This document shows positions 40,954 to 51,386 of a stretch of DNA of 64,000 nt, one piece after another. The DNA comes from Candidatus Poribacteria bacterium (GTDB lineage: Bacteria > Poribacteria > WGA-4E > WGA-3G). The notes below the pieces were generated by a model, which saw only the letters and a program-made list of their open reading frames with translations, was not told where the DNA came from and made no database searches. The position numbers and the translations under genes are program-made. Numbering within the stretch: the stretch's first letter is position 1; each line of letters opens with the position of its first letter. Location: the NCBI GenBank assembly GCA_965205015.1, contig OZ242029.1, positions 4,480,001-4,544,000 of the forward strand. The letters are read 5' to 3'.

Positions 40954-42135
40954 GTGACGCTTGTAGGGGCTGCCCCTATTGCTGAGGCAAAAAAGTTGAA
41001 AAATCTGGAATGTAGTAGGTGTAACGAAACTTATGACCATCTCACCCCGCAGAATGTCTGTACCACTTGCGGAAAACCGCTACTTGCCCGCTACGCGCTT
41101 GAACAGATCGCAGAAACATGGACGCGGGACACGCTCCAGTTGAGACCCCCCTCACTCTGGCGTTATTCGGAACTCCTACCCATATCTAACCCAGCCGACA
41201 TCGTAACGCTTGGGGAAACGATGACCCCCCTCGTCCATACAAAGCGGTTGGGAGCAACGTTTGGACTTACAGACGTGTGGGTGAAGGACGAATCCCGATT
41301 ACCCACTGGAAGTTTCAAAGCGCGCGGTTTAGCAATGGCAGTTTCCAAGGCAAAGTCGCTCGGATTAACGCAATTAGCGATTCCTTCTGCTGGCAATGCC
41401 GCGACTGCCCTCTCAGTTTACGCCGCTGCTGCAGGTGTATCGGCACATATCTTTATGCCACAAGATACGCCTCCCTTCAATAAAGAGACGTGTCAACTCG
41501 CCGGTGCAAACGTCACACTGATTGAGGGTCTCATTACGGATGCAGGTCGAATTGTCACAGAACGGAAGGAGCAGGAAGGATGGTTTGATGTGTCAACGCT
41601 GAAAGAACCCTACCGCGTGGAAGGGAAAAAAACGATGGGGTTTGAGCTCGCCGAGCAGTGTGGATGGGAATTGCCGGACGTTATCATCTATCCGACCGGC
41701 GGCGGTACCGGTATCGTCGGGATGTGGAAAGGCTTCGCGGAATTAGAAGCCATCGGTTGGATAGGCAAGAAAAGACCACGGTTCATCTCTGTACAGTCAG
41801 CAGGATGTGCTCCGATTGTTAGGGCATGGGAAGAAGGTGCTACCGAAGCAACTCCCTGGCGTGATGCACATACCGTTGCGAGTGGTTTGCGAGTCCCACA
41901 AGCCATCGGGGATTTCCTCATTTTAGAGGCGATTCGTAAAAGCAACGGTGCCGCGATTGCCGTCACGGACGATGCCATCCGTGAAGCAATGCAACTGCTC
42001 CCCACAACCGAAGGGATTTTGACATGCCCCGAAGGCGCTGCAACTGTCGCTGCACTCAAACAACTCGTCTCGAATGGGATGATTCAAGACACCGAGCGCG
42101 TTGTACTTTTTAATACAGGCGGCTACCAGTCATAG
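40954..42135 (+). CDS. thrC: Threonine synthase (PLP fold type II)
   Basis: N-terminal CxxC..C, PTGSFKARG, PSAGNA, YPTGGG, LFNTG; start could be TTG 40996. Confidence 0.88.
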   Translation: MTLVGAAPIAEAKKLKNLECSRCNETYDHLTPQNVCTTCGKPLLARYALEQIAETWTRDTLQLRPPSLWRYSELLPISNPADIVTLGETMTPLVHTKRLGATFGLTDVWVKDESRLPTGSFKARGLAMAVSKAKSLGLTQLAIPSAGNAATALSVYAAAAGVSAHIFMPQDTPPFNKETCQLAGANVTLIEGLITDAGRIVTERKEQEGWFDVSTLKEPYRVEGKKTMGFELAEQCGWELPDVIIYPTGGGTGIVGMWKGFAELEAIGWIGKKRPRFISVQSAGCAPIVRAWEEGATEATPWRDAHTVASGLRVPQAIGDFLILEAIRKSNGAAIAVTDDAIREAMQLLPTTEGILTCPEGAATVAALKQLVSNGMIQDTERVVLFNTGGYQS

Positions 42136-42164
42136 GTAGAAAGCCGCAATTAGGGATCATTCTT

Positions 42165-42890
42165 CTACTTCTCAAGGTAGTCGTAGGTCGGTTGTCCCGC
42201 CGTTTTCGCTTCAGATGCTTTCGTCTTGAGATGATACCCTACCTCGTACTCGCGGACGGATATAATTGGATAGGGACCGTCAAATCCTGCGATTATACCT
42301 TTTACCTCGACCGGTTTATTGTTGTTTGCCGTATCTATCCGCAGCTGATCAAACTCAGGATTCGCACTGAAGACAAACTTCTGCTCTTCATGCCCCGCAG
42401 TCATCGCATGATGGATGTTGGAGGTATCCGGTCGCCAACGTCGCCATGCCGGAACGTTTCGGAGGTAGCTTCGGGCGAAGCCGGGATGTGCAAATAGATC
42501 GCCGCGGATGGTAGCCTCGGTCTTAAGAACGCGGGAGTGCCCAATGCCGTGGCGCCCCCGGAAACGCGAATCGTTAAGTTGACGCATGATGTCATAGACG
42601 TCAAACGTATGCGTTTCACTGTATTTAGAGGGACCCTGTCTCGGTTTGACTTCCACCAGCGTCGTAAAAAGCCGTTTTCTACCGTGCTTGTCAACAGGTG
42701 TGCGGAATGTGATGTCCTCTGGATCCGCCCAAGGTTCCAGTAACCGTCGAATTTGCCTTGCATCGGCGCTGCTGACGACATCGGAAATCTCCAACTTTAA
42801 AACAGCCACTTCAGCCATGCTTACCATACTGATTCCAACAAACAGAAGGACCACCACAAAGGTCAGCCAATAGAAATGTGAGCGTTTCAT
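42165..42890 (-). CDS. Secreted hypothetical protein
   Basis: Signal peptide, AAGGAG RBS; family not recognised. Confidence 0.6.
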   Translation of the reverse strand: MKRSHFYWLTFVVVLLFVGISMVSMAEVAVLKLEISDVVSSADARQIRRLLEPWADPEDITFRTPVDKHGRKRLFTTLVEVKPRQGPSKYSETHTFDVYDIMRQLNDSRFRGRHGIGHSRVLKTEATIRGDLFAHPGFARSYLRNVPAWRRWRPDTSNIHHAMTAGHEEQKFVFSANPEFDQLRIDTANNNKPVEVKGIIAGFDGPYPIISVREYEVGYHLKTKASEAKTAGQPTYDYLEK

Positions 42891-43299
42891 TCCGTTTCTC
42901 CTTATTCGTACGTTTTTCTTTCTTATACCTATTAGACACCATTCAACGCAAAAAGTTTCAAAAAAAGTTACGGATGATTTCTGTAGGGTCGAGTCGATGG
43001 AACGAACCCCTTGATTTGCGGGTTTAAACGGTTAATGTTAGAAAAAAGTTTACACGCTTATAGAAACACACATTTTAAAACCGATTTCTCAAAAAAGTAA
43101 AAAAATAGAGAAAATCGGAGTCACTCGACGCCACAAATATCCTTAGCACGATAATCCCACCACACAGATACACGAAATTCCTTGAAAAATTAACGGCACC
43201 TATGTTAGGATTTTAAAATGGAGGCGTCGCTTTTCGCGCGCTCTTAAGAACCATAGATTGCGCGCTTACGCAGCGCACAGTAAAATGAGGAGATACATA

Positions 43300-44232
43300 A
43301 TGATGAAGAAGATGTTTTGGGCAATAGCACTATCGGTTTTATGTGTTACCATCAGTTACGGGCAATATAATGGAGAATGTTGGGTCGTCAGCAAAGGAGA
43401 TACAGTTTATAAATTATATGCCGATGGAAACGCTGATCCACAGGTTATTCCGAATTTACCACAAGCAACTGCCGCCGAGGTGAATCCAGCAGATGGCGTT
43501 GTTTGGATTGCGGTTTCAGCGGCAAACACCGTCTATCGTTATAATCCAAATACTGGCGATTTTAAAGAGATTCCCGATATTAACCGTCCGAACCAGATCG
43601 CCATTAACCCCGCCGATGGTTCAGCATGGATCGCAGGGCTGGATGCTGTTAAAAAAGTATCCGGTGATGGTGCCCAAGTTGTCGCGACAATAGCCGCCCA
43701 TGAACCCGCAGTGGCAGTTAATCCTACGGACGGTTCGGCATGGATAACAAACGCACGAGGACCTATCGCACGCTATGATGCCGCAGGAAACAAAGTTGCA
43801 GACGCACCACCGATGGGTGAGCCTAAAGGTGTAACCGTTGACTACGAGGGAAACGCTTGGATCGCTGATAGTCAACATAGTGTTCTGATGCGGGTTTCAG
43901 CGAGCGGACAGAAACTGGTGGAAATTACCGATATTCCGAACCCTACGTCCCCGCGCGTCAATGTGGCTGATGGAAGTGTCTGGGTCGTTTCACAACAGTC
44001 AATGTTAATGAACTTGGGACCAGATGGCGGCAAAAGAGCTGAATTTCTTGCGGGAATGGCAATCGTGGCGATCAGTGTTTCACCTACAGATGGTGGTATT
44101 TGGATAGCGGACCTACTCGGAGAAACATTCCAAGGCGAAATTAGCAAATGGACATCCAGCGGACAGGCGTTGTTCAAAAATCCGATTCCGCAACCCTCCT
44201 CGGTCTCCGTCGGGCACTGGGCAGGAAACTAA
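43300..44232 (+). CDS. Secreted beta-propeller repeat protein (Vgb/NHL-like)
   Basis: Signal peptide; repeats VNPADGVVWIA, INPADGSAWIA, VNPTDGSAWIT, VSPTDGGIWIA. Confidence 0.8.
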   Translation: MMKKMFWAIALSVLCVTISYGQYNGECWVVSKGDTVYKLYADGNADPQVIPNLPQATAAEVNPADGVVWIAVSAANTVYRYNPNTGDFKEIPDINRPNQIAINPADGSAWIAGLDAVKKVSGDGAQVVATIAAHEPAVAVNPTDGSAWITNARGPIARYDAAGNKVADAPPMGEPKGVTVDYEGNAWIADSQHSVLMRVSASGQKLVEITDIPNPTSPRVNVADGSVWVVSQQSMLMNLGPDGGKRAEFLAGMAIVAISVSPTDGGIWIADLLGETFQGEISKWTSSGQALFKNPIPQPSSVSVGHWAGN

Positions 44233-44347
44233 TATAGGATCGGTAGGAATTGCGTTGCCACGTTCGGCTGGTTGAGCGATAAATCAAAATCTGGTTGTGG
44301 CACTCGTCGGAATCATAACAATTTCCTTGATAGATGTGAGGTACATC

Positions 44348-46783
44348 ATGATTAGGTATCTTCGTTTGACGCAGCACGTCAGTTTCCGAAATCTACTGTT
44401 AAGATTGGCAATCGGAATATGTGTTATTGCCTCCCTTAGCACGAGTGGATTCGCGCAACTACCAGACTTCCGTGTTGATGCTGATAGTATCTCCTTTTCC
44501 AATCCAACCCCCGTTGAAGGAGAAGAGATTACTATCTCAGTTGAGGTGAAGAATGTAGGGGACGGAACACAAACGATGAACCAGGATCTGGTTGTTGACC
44601 TTTACGAGGCGGATCCGGCAACGCAACCGCTTCAAATACTCTGTAAGGATGTCATCTTGGAGTTAAAGCCGGGGCAGAGCAAGCGCGTAAAAACACAGTG
44701 GCAACCGCCGCCCGGTAAGACCGAAATCTATGCCGTCATCAACCCGACCGGTGCAAAACACATTGAAGAAACAGACACAGGAAATAACCTCACGCATGCG
44801 GCAATCATTGCTGCGTCGCGCACGTTCCCACCCGTCACCCCTGAACAGATCCAGAACGCGATAACGAAAGGTATTGCTTGGATAGAAGCACAACAAGGCA
44901 GGCATAGCCGAACCTGTTTGCAGTGTGGAACTGAAAACCAACTTATCTTAATCTGTATCAACTGCGGAGCGAGCCTAAAAGGTCTCGCTGAAAACTTTAT
45001 CCCCGGCAAATCTTGGAATTTTGGCGAGGATCAGACACAAGAAACAGCGTTAGCACTACAAACGTTATTCGCAACAGGACATACAACTTCGCATCCACCC
45101 GTCCAAAAAGGCTTAGAATTCCTCTTAGAGCAGAACTGGAACGAATTCGCTGTTTACCAGTCCGCGGTGGTTATTCCGGCTTTAGTTGCGACACAAGATG
45201 TCGCTTACAGAGAGCGTGTTCAGTTTGCTGTGAATCAGTTAGTCAAAAAGCAGCTGCCCGTCAGCGGCAGTGAGTTCACAGACGATCGCGACGATGGCGG
45301 TTGGGGATACGGTTATAGTGCCGATGGCGCGCACATGAATATGGTTATCTATGCCCTCTATGCTGCAAAGCAGTGGGGGATTGATATTCCTCCTGACACT
45401 TGGGTACGTGCCCAACAATGGATTCGGCGGAACCAAACTGAAACGGGTGGATGGCTCTACAATTTGGTTGATGACGGTTCCCCGTGGGCAATAGGTGTCT
45501 ATGGAAGTATGACTGCAACGGGACTGTGGGCACTGCGGGCGTGTGGTGTTCCTGTTGATGATCCGCAGATTCAGAAAGGTATTGCGTGGCTTAAAAAGCA
45601 TTGGTCCTTAACCCGTAACCCCGGTTCTAACTCATGGCTTTATTACTATTTACTTTCACTGCAACGGTTCTGCGATATTCCCCCAACTTTAGACACACTC
45701 GCGGGTTACAACTGGTACGATGAAATCTCACGGATGATGGTTGCCCAACAGGAATCTGATGGGAGATGGCGCGGATCTGAGAGCGATTTTTTGTCGACCT
45801 GCTTCACGGTGATGACCTTGAGTCATGCCCTGGTAGGTCCAACAGAACCGAACATCGGGATTGTTCCACGAAGCCTCCGATTTTCACCGCCTACGCCACG
45901 CGTCGGCGAAGCCGTCCGACTGAGTGCTACCCTTCAGAATACCGGGACCCCTCTTGACGATATTCTTAACGTTGAGTTTTATGTTGATGGTGAAAAGGTT
46001 ACTAACACCGAAGTCCTTTGGACTTCTAAACTCACTGAGACCGTCATTTCTACCGATTGGGTGCCGGCAACAGAAGGGCAGATAGAGTTTGTGGCACGTA
46101 TCGCCTTCTCGGATGCAGACAACAATGATAATAGTGCTTCGGAAAAACTCACTGTGTTTCCACAATCCACTGCAGCTGCAGATGTTCAATTGGCAAAACC
46201 GAAGCGAATTAGCGAAAATATTTATCAACTCGGCAATGTTGTTTTCGATACCAGCAAACGTGAAGTAACGGTGCCGGGTGAAATTAACATTGTCAGTGGA
46301 GATGCGTATATTGAATTCTTTGCCTGCGGCAAACTTGGCAAAACACACGAGAGCATTTTAATTGTTGATGCAGAGCCGATTTATCTACTTACGGTACTCG
46401 GTGCCTTGGATTTTAAGCCCGGTATGGATCTCACTGTCGAAGGGGATCCTCGAACGCCTACAGGAGCACCTGTTGACATCTGGGTGGAATGGAATCAAGG
46501 TGAGGAAATTGTCTCGCGCCGCGCGAGAGAGTTAGTATGGAATGCTTTTACGGAGCAGCCAATGCGGGAAACACCATGGGTCTTTACAGGTGGACGGCTT
46601 AAAAATAATCAATTCACTGTCCAGCTCTTTCACAACATTATCGCCGTTTACCGCGACCCAGATTCACTTTTCAACCACCCCTTACCTACTGGCACAGATG
46701 ATCGGACGTATCGTGTGAATACCGATGTCATCCCACCTAAAGGCACAAAGATAAAACTTATCATCCGTCCTACCACAGCTTAA
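44348..46783 (+). CDS. Secreted multidomain protein: CARDB + prenyltransferase/squalene-cyclase-like repeats + CARDB + YdjY-like domain
   Basis: FSNPTPVEGEEITISVEVKNVG (CARDB), DGGWGY, QTETGGWLY, QESDGRW, EFFACGKLGKTHES. Confidence 0.7.
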   Translation: MIRYLRLTQHVSFRNLLLRLAIGICVIASLSTSGFAQLPDFRVDADSISFSNPTPVEGEEITISVEVKNVGDGTQTMNQDLVVDLYEADPATQPLQILCKDVILELKPGQSKRVKTQWQPPPGKTEIYAVINPTGAKHIEETDTGNNLTHAAIIAASRTFPPVTPEQIQNAITKGIAWIEAQQGRHSRTCLQCGTENQLILICINCGASLKGLAENFIPGKSWNFGEDQTQETALALQTLFATGHTTSHPPVQKGLEFLLEQNWNEFAVYQSAVVIPALVATQDVAYRERVQFAVNQLVKKQLPVSGSEFTDDRDDGGWGYGYSADGAHMNMVIYALYAAKQWGIDIPPDTWVRAQQWIRRNQTETGGWLYNLVDDGSPWAIGVYGSMTATGLWALRACGVPVDDPQIQKGIAWLKKHWSLTRNPGSNSWLYYYLLSLQRFCDIPPTLDTLAGYNWYDEISRMMVAQQESDGRWRGSESDFLSTCFTVMTLSHALVGPTEPNIGIVPRSLRFSPPTPRVGEAVRLSATLQNTGTPLDDILNVEFYVDGEKVTNTEVLWTSKLTETVISTDWVPATEGQIEFVARIAFSDADNNDNSASEKLTVFPQSTAAADVQLAKPKRISENIYQLGNVVFDTSKREVTVPGEINIVSGDAYIEFFACGKLGKTHESILIVDAEPIYLLTVLGALDFKPGMDLTVEGDPRTPTGAPVDIWVEWNQGEEIVSRRARELVWNAFTEQPMRETPWVFTGGRLKNNQFTVQLFHNIIAVYRDPDSLFNHPLPTGTDDRTYRVNTDVIPPKGTKIKLIIRPTTA

Positions 46784-47035
46784 AGGAAAAACGATGCCAA
46801 TTTTTGAATATCGCTGCAAGGTCCGATAGCATAGGTCAGCATTGTATTTTCCTTAGCATTACAGTCCAATAGACTCGGAAGTGATAGCGCTCTCCATAAG
46901 CGGGGGACACGCTCTATATACAATGCAATTCTACGTATACCACAAACCTCCGTTTGTGTAGAAATCAAGCCATTTATAAAATATAAGGAGCATGGCGGTC
47001 CTCCCAAAGCGATGGGATGGATGCTAAAAGATTCT

Positions 47036-48430
47036 ATGAGGCAGAAACCTACAAAGCCCGCACCAAACATCCTTCGCGAGATTCAAGCGAACAAAGTCTT
47101 ACCGGTATACCTACTCTGTGGCGAGGAAAGTTTCCTCATTGAAGGGACCCTCAAACAGATGCTCGATCACCTACTTCTCCCTGAAATACGCGATTTTAAC
47201 CTCACCTTTCTCGATGGCAGCGATATAACAATTCGAGAAATTCTCAGTCAAGTTGACCTCTACCCAGTCATGTCCAAATGGCGAGTTGTTGTTGTCCGCG
47301 ATGCCCCCTTTTTCAAACCCCAACAACGTACAACACCGATAACGCTCCTCCGAAATGCGTTCAAAATTGAAATTACGGACCCGCAAAAATCTATCTCTAC
47401 AATGGCAAAACTCTTAGAGGTGGATTCCCAACAAATCGCCGAACAGCATTTTGACTTCACAAATGCCGTTGAAGCGCTCATCAATGAGTTAGGGACAAAA
47501 TTAACCGACGAAGAGCGCAGTTTCTTGGAACGTTTGCCGGAAATCGCCCAACAACTGGATATCCATACGACTGAAGCCGGTGCCGCTGATGACATTGACT
47601 TACTTCTTGAATGGCTCCAAGCTGATCTCCCCAAAAACAGCGTTCTGATATTTATAGTGCGCGGACCCGTGAACGCGCGTAACAGGGTCGTTAAAGCGAT
47701 TGAAAGTGTGGGACGCTATATCTCGTTTGACCCAGCGAAAGCCAATCCATCACTGAAGGAAGACCCGTTGTATAAAAAAGTCTCAGAAAAGTTCAATGAA
47801 TTCAATAAACAGATAACACCCCGTGCTTTCACGCAACTCAGGACTCGCACCGGTGGCGATATGCACACAATTGCCGAAGCGATCAACAAGATTATCGATT
47901 TCGTAGGAGACAAGCGTCAAATTGACGAGCATGATATCCAGAATATTGTGACACAGAACACATTTGACAACATTTTTGACCTCACCGATGCGATTGGAAG
48001 GCGTTCAACTCGACAGGCACTGAAAAGTCTCTACGAGGTGTTAGCAAGTGGTCAAGAACCCATCGTGATTAATTCGACGATCACACGTCAATTTCGATTT
48101 GCCCTCCAAGCCAAGCTTATCACAGACAGGAAGGGACTGCGATCATTCCGGAGTCGGATGCCGTTCTCGGAGTTTACACAGAATATTTTTAAATCTCTTG
48201 TTGAAGAAATGGGGAGTTTTTTACCGAAGGCAGCTACGCATAACCTGCTGAAACAGAATCCTTATGTCGCCTACAAAGTATTTCAGACGCTCCACGCTTT
48301 TACTGCTGAGGAATTAGTCGCCGCGATTGAGAAAACGCTTATCGTGGATACCCAATTAAAAACAAGCCAACAAAATGAAACGAGCATTTTGGAGCAATTG
48401 GTGTGTGAACTTTGTACAACCCCGAGATAG
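47036..48430 (+). CDS. holA: DNA polymerase III subunit delta (with insertions)
   Basis: PVYLLCGEESFLI, DFNLTFLDG, PVMSKWRVVVV, NIFDLTDAI, DTQLKTS. Confidence 0.85.
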   Translation: MRQKPTKPAPNILREIQANKVLPVYLLCGEESFLIEGTLKQMLDHLLLPEIRDFNLTFLDGSDITIREILSQVDLYPVMSKWRVVVVRDAPFFKPQQRTTPITLLRNAFKIEITDPQKSISTMAKLLEVDSQQIAEQHFDFTNAVEALINELGTKLTDEERSFLERLPEIAQQLDIHTTEAGAADDIDLLLEWLQADLPKNSVLIFIVRGPVNARNRVVKAIESVGRYISFDPAKANPSLKEDPLYKKVSEKFNEFNKQITPRAFTQLRTRTGGDMHTIAEAINKIIDFVGDKRQIDEHDIQNIVTQNTFDNIFDLTDAIGRRSTRQALKSLYEVLASGQEPIVINSTITRQFRFALQAKLITDRKGLRSFRSRMPFSEFTQNIFKSLVEEMGSFLPKAATHNLLKQNPYVAYKVFQTLHAFTAEELVAAIEKTLIVDTQLKTSQQNETSILEQLVCELCTTPR

Positions 48431-48526
48431 CGCAGCTTGTTTTCTACAGAACAAAACTTAGAAACCGATAGAATTTGATGCCGTTTTAAATATTATGTAC
48501 GCATAGAAGCAAGGAGTTTTTTTATT

Positions 48527-49294
48527 GTGAAAGGCACAAGACCTTTAGACAACGTTGAAATCCGTAAGGTATCAGCGGCTTTTGACGGAGCATTCACCAT
48601 TCGGAATAGAAGTCTATTCATGCTGGGTGTCTCCGTCGGTGGACGGATTAGCGAATTGATTGCACTGAAAGTGAACGACGTATGGCAGAACGACAAACCG
48701 GTTTCTGATTTGCTGTTTGATCGGAACATTGTAAAGGGCGGTGAGGTATCGAGAGCAGTGCCTGTGAACATAGACGGCAGGCAGGCAATTGAAGACCTTG
48801 TCGCTTGGCATCTTAAACTCTATGGGAATGCTGATCCAATCCGTCCACTCTTCCCTTCCCGGAAAGGACAAGGTTTGAAAGCGATGACGAGAATAGCGGC
48901 GCACGATGCGCTAAAGGGCGCGTTTGAAACGGCGGGCTTAAATGGAAAACTTGGCACGCATTCTCTACGGAAGTCTTACGCGCAACGTCTTTATGAACAG
49001 ACGAACGATATTTATGCCGTACAAGAAATGTTAGGGCATAAAAGCGTCGTAACAACACAGCGATATTTAGGTGTAAACTATGCAAGCGTTCGGGATGCAT
49101 CGGAAGCAATGTCCATTCATTCCGAATCTAACAGAAGTGTGCAAACGTTAGGTTCGGTAAATGAAGCCTCGGATGACGTGCTTTTAATCGAATTGCTCCG
49201 CAGAGGATTTGATGTCGCTCGACTACTTGAAAAGAGTGAAACAGAGCAACCTTTTTCACTTCCAGATGAAGAGACAGCAGCAAAATTCGTTTAA
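48527..49294 (+). CDS. Tyrosine recombinase/integrase (catalytic domain only)
   Basis: GGRISE (R), HSLRKS (HxxR), LGHKS (H), TQRY (Y); GTG start after AAGGAG. Confidence 0.92.
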   Translation: MKGTRPLDNVEIRKVSAAFDGAFTIRNRSLFMLGVSVGGRISELIALKVNDVWQNDKPVSDLLFDRNIVKGGEVSRAVPVNIDGRQAIEDLVAWHLKLYGNADPIRPLFPSRKGQGLKAMTRIAAHDALKGAFETAGLNGKLGTHSLRKSYAQRLYEQTNDIYAVQEMLGHKSVVTTQRYLGVNYASVRDASEAMSIHSESNRSVQTLGSVNEASDDVLLIELLRRGFDVARLLEKSETEQPFSLPDEETAAKFV

Positions 49295-49383
49295 ATAAAT
49301 TGATTAACCGTTTTTTTTTACTATCCTTTCCAGTTTTGCAGACTCTATCCTGTAACACAACATAAAAATGGGAGGAATTTGAA

Positions 49384-49608
49384 ATGGAATCAGTACTCAT
49401 CATTGTGCTGGGTATTACGGTTACAACGCTTGGATGTGTGGCGATGGGCATATCCTACTCTAAAAAAGTAAACGGTTTGGAGAAGGGAGCATCGCAAAGT
49501 GATATAGAGGCACTGCAGCAGCACGTAAACCATATTCAAGAAGAAATGGTTGCCCTGAAGAAGGAAGTAAAACGGCTCATCAAGATTGCTAAAGGTGTTG
49601 ATGAGTAA
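49384..49608 (+). CDS. Small single-pass membrane protein with coiled coil
   Basis: GGAGG RBS, N-terminal TM, heptad-patterned C-terminus. Confidence 0.7.
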   Translation: MESVLIIVLGITVTTLGCVAMGISYSKKVNGLEKGASQSDIEALQQHVNHIQEEMVALKKEVKRLIKIAKGVDE

Positions 49609-49621
49609 AGGAGGGAAAAAC

Positions 49622-49951
49622 ATGCCGTTACTGCTACTGCTTTTAATAGGGGTCGGACTCTTCTTGATCGTCAAATATATAACTGTGATTGCCACTGTGA
49701 CGGCAATTATTATCAGCGGGATAACAGTTATTACACTTGCATGTGTTTGGATGGGAACCTCGTATTCCCTACAACAGTCAGGCTACCATCCCCGCAATGC
49801 AAAGCAAGCCTACCAACAAGTTGAATCAGATTTGAAACAGATCGCAGGAGATTTAACCGAGATTCGCTTGCAATTAGATGATGCTGCACCGTACTTGCGC
49901 GATATGGAATTTTTGAGGTACGCCCGCGAGAATCGGAAAAAAGAGAATTAG
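49622..49951 (+). CDS. Small membrane protein with coiled coil, paralog of the upstream gene
   Basis: GGAGG RBS; GITVITLACVWMGTSYS matches GITVTTLGCVAMGISYS upstream. Confidence 0.7.
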   Translation: MPLLLLLLIGVGLFLIVKYITVIATVTAIIISGITVITLACVWMGTSYSLQQSGYHPRNAKQAYQQVESDLKQIAGDLTEIRLQLDDAAPYLRDMEFLRYARENRKKEN

Positions 49952-49978
49952 CGTCGTAAAGCGAAAAAAGGTGAAAAG

Positions 49979-50006
49979 TAGGCAGGACATGTCTTTGTCC
50001 TGCCTA
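49979..50006. terminator. Terminator-like hairpin
   Basis: TAGGCAGGACA-TGTCTT-TGTCCTGCCTA perfect 11-bp stem. Confidence 0.7.
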
Positions 50007-50143
50007 TTGCATGTACGAAAATATTTCTTGAAATAATCTAAGCCGCTACAATGCCCTTATATTTTTCGGGTAGGGTTACCATAGCGGGGTATCTTTTTCA
50101 GGGGGCTTGTAGGGCATTCTCGAAAGGATTTTTTTTAGCTGCC

Positions 50144-51331
50144 CTAAAAAGCCAACCATCGGTGAAAGAGGACGCCTTTCCCTTCAGGTTCCACCACTCG
50201 TAATAAAACTTTCCCATCATTGAGAAAATCTATCGCCATGAAACCGGTATGTTGATGTGCGAATAGCGTATTGTCGCCGGACATCACTTCGGTCACTTTT
50301 CGGCTCGCCGCGGCACCACTCACGAGAAGATAATCGGTAACTTCGCCCTTCAAAACCTGCAGGGAATGTTCATGCCCAGCAGCGTAGATTAAGAGTGGCG
50401 GACCTTGCGGTGGCAATTTTCGTTTGGCAAACGCCCCGTTTAACTGCGCGACCATATTTTTGTTGTGTGTGCCGCTCAGGTCTTGATCAGATCTGTAGAG
50501 GTGCCACCGTGCGTATGGATAGATGGAACCCACTATCGGTATCGGGATCCAGAGCCATTTTTTCATAAATCTGACAGGAAAGAGGTGTGCCTTCCAGTCA
50601 TGGAAACCGCCATGGGGTCCGTAACTTTCCAGTGGATGGTGTCCGACGACGATGACGGGTAATTCCGTATCTAAGAGGGCAACGAGTTCTTCTATCACCT
50701 GTTGAGGTACTTTTTTCGGTTTCTCATGTTGATGGAGCCACCACTGCGTGTCCAGCACAACAAGCCGTACTGCGGGGTCGGTTTTCGGGAGTTCAAGGGA
50801 AACAGGACCGGGTGAGCCACCCGGTGGCAGAAAATTCGATTCACCCGCAAGCGCATCGTTGATAAACTTTTCTTGGGCAAGGACTGCACGAAGTCCCTCT
50901 GCTCGTCCACTCGCCCAATCATGGTTTCCGGGTATAAAGAGTCCGTGGGCACCCGTAGATTTGACCACGGCGAGTTGTGGCATAAGCCGAGCCGATGCTT
51001 CATGCTTCTTCCGCTCCGTCATCCCTTCGGGATACATGTTATCGCCTAAAAAGACAACACTTGTGCGTGCTGGATCCTTTTTTGCCCATTCGTCGAGCGT
51101 TTTCAGGACAGGTTCATCCGGTTCCGGCTCTCCGCCATCCCCCAGTAATAAAAGGCGGTATCGGAGTATGCCTTCCGTTTGACTCTCATGTTTCGCACTA
51201 TCGGGTATATCGGGATGGTAATACGGCTTTGTATGACTACACCCGACAATTGTCAGTTGCACTGCTTGAACAATGCAACAGAGCAGAACAATGTAACGGG
51301 TGAAGTTGGGGCGTTGATAAAATTGTTTCAT
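50144..51331 (-). CDS. Calcineurin-like metallophosphoesterase (probable lipoprotein)
   Basis: LGDGG, FLGDNMY, PGNHDW, GHHP, AGHEH; IVGC lipobox-like. Confidence 0.88.
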   Translation of the reverse strand: MKQFYQRPNFTRYIVLLCCIVQAVQLTIVGCSHTKPYYHPDIPDSAKHESQTEGILRYRLLLLGDGGEPEPDEPVLKTLDEWAKKDPARTSVVFLGDNMYPEGMTERKKHEASARLMPQLAVVKSTGAHGLFIPGNHDWASGRAEGLRAVLAQEKFINDALAGESNFLPPGGSPGPVSLELPKTDPAVRLVVLDTQWWLHQHEKPKKVPQQVIEELVALLDTELPVIVVGHHPLESYGPHGGFHDWKAHLFPVRFMKKWLWIPIPIVGSIYPYARWHLYRSDQDLSGTHNKNMVAQLNGAFAKRKLPPQGPPLLIYAAGHEHSLQVLKGEVTDYLLVSGAAASRKVTEVMSGDNTLFAHQHTGFMAIDFLNDGKVLLRVVEPEGKGVLFHRWLAF

Positions 51332-51386
51332 CTTCTAATACTCTCATGCTCCCGTTGCTATTGAGACATTCACGCAGAGAATCGCT

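Noticed and set aside
46780-47070. 96-aa minus-strand ORF between the CARDB gene and holA
   Set aside because: It overlaps both neighbours on the opposite strand and has no motif.
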